This document shows positions 63,691 to 64,000 of a stretch of DNA of 64,000 nt, piece after piece. Position 1 is the stretch's first letter; every line of letters begins with the position of its first letter. Source of the DNA: Sphagnum compactum (taxonomy: Eukaryota); assembly GCA_965153455.1 (NCBI GenBank), contig OZ234493.1, forward strand, positions 27,642,213-27,706,212, in the 5' to 3' direction. Both the position numbers and the translations under genes were made by a program. The notes under the pieces are model-generated. The model was not told where the DNA came from. It was given only the letters and a program-made list of their open reading frames with translations, and did not search any database.

Positions 63691-64000
63691 ATGATGAATA
63701 TCTGCTCTGATCCAGAAGAGCAAAGGAATCTCAAGCTGAATGAGTGTCTCCTGGTTACTGACAGCATTCGGGAGGCAAGGCGCAGCGATCGCCAAGGATC
63801 CGGCAAGCTCGGAAGCGGCAAGCGGAACCCTAATGGCGATGGCGGCGACGCTTCTACCTCCCTGATGCCAAGCAGCTGGGACACCCCATCAGCAAGGGAT
63901 CTCTTTACCCTGCCGGTGCAAGATCCCGGATCGATTCCCTCTGAGACAAGCGCCCCCCTCCCGGGGAGCGCTCGCCCCCCGGAAAAAAGCTCGACTAATC
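63691..64000 (+). CDS. Start of an unidentified ORF running off the window (gene first exon or retroelement ORF1)
   Basis: ATG at 63691 is open to 64000 (MMNICSDPEEQRNLKLNECLLVTDSIREARRSDRQGSGKLGSGKRNPNGDGGD...). CpG-rich; no recognisable domain. Confidence 0.4.
   Translation, partial: MMNICSDPEEQRNLKLNECLLVTDSIREARRSDRQGSGKLGSGKRNPNGDGGDASTSLMPSSWDTPSARDLFTLPVQDPGSIPSETSAPLPGSARPPEKSSTN

Noticed and set aside
63432-63884. 150-aa minus-strand ORF
   Set aside because: Non-ATG start, runs through the homopolymer, and has no recognisable domain. The plus-strand ATG frame is more plausible.

Overview
AT-rich, intron-containing land-plant nuclear DNA. Its gene style and repeat families suggest a moss, probably Sphagnum (inference). 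There are three apparently intact genes: (1) a 994-aa secretory-pathway membrane protein with about 15 tandem 33-40-aa E/K repeats (3202-6186 +), (2) the 6-exon plastidic type I signal peptidase PLSP1 (30673-34392 +), and (3) an intronless cytoplasmic receptor-like pseudokinase (41171-42772 -). A fourth ORF begins at 63691 and runs off the window. Two decayed genes lie head-to-head: an IST1-like ESCRT-III gene and the 3' half of INDH/NUBPL. The rest is mostly old transposons: a CACTA/EnSpm relic, a Ty3/gypsy element with ~95-bp terminal repeats and an extra 3' ORF, a PIF/Harbinger relic, Helitron-like pieces and several MITEs. The most interesting observations are an FCP1/NIF HAD-phosphatase domain inside the CACTA relic, apparently downstream of a TnpA-like ORF on the same strand; a CpG-rich GAATCT minisatellite upstream of PLSP1; and two long hairpins 39 kb apart that share a stem core. 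All family assignments come from motif recognition by eye, with no database searches.
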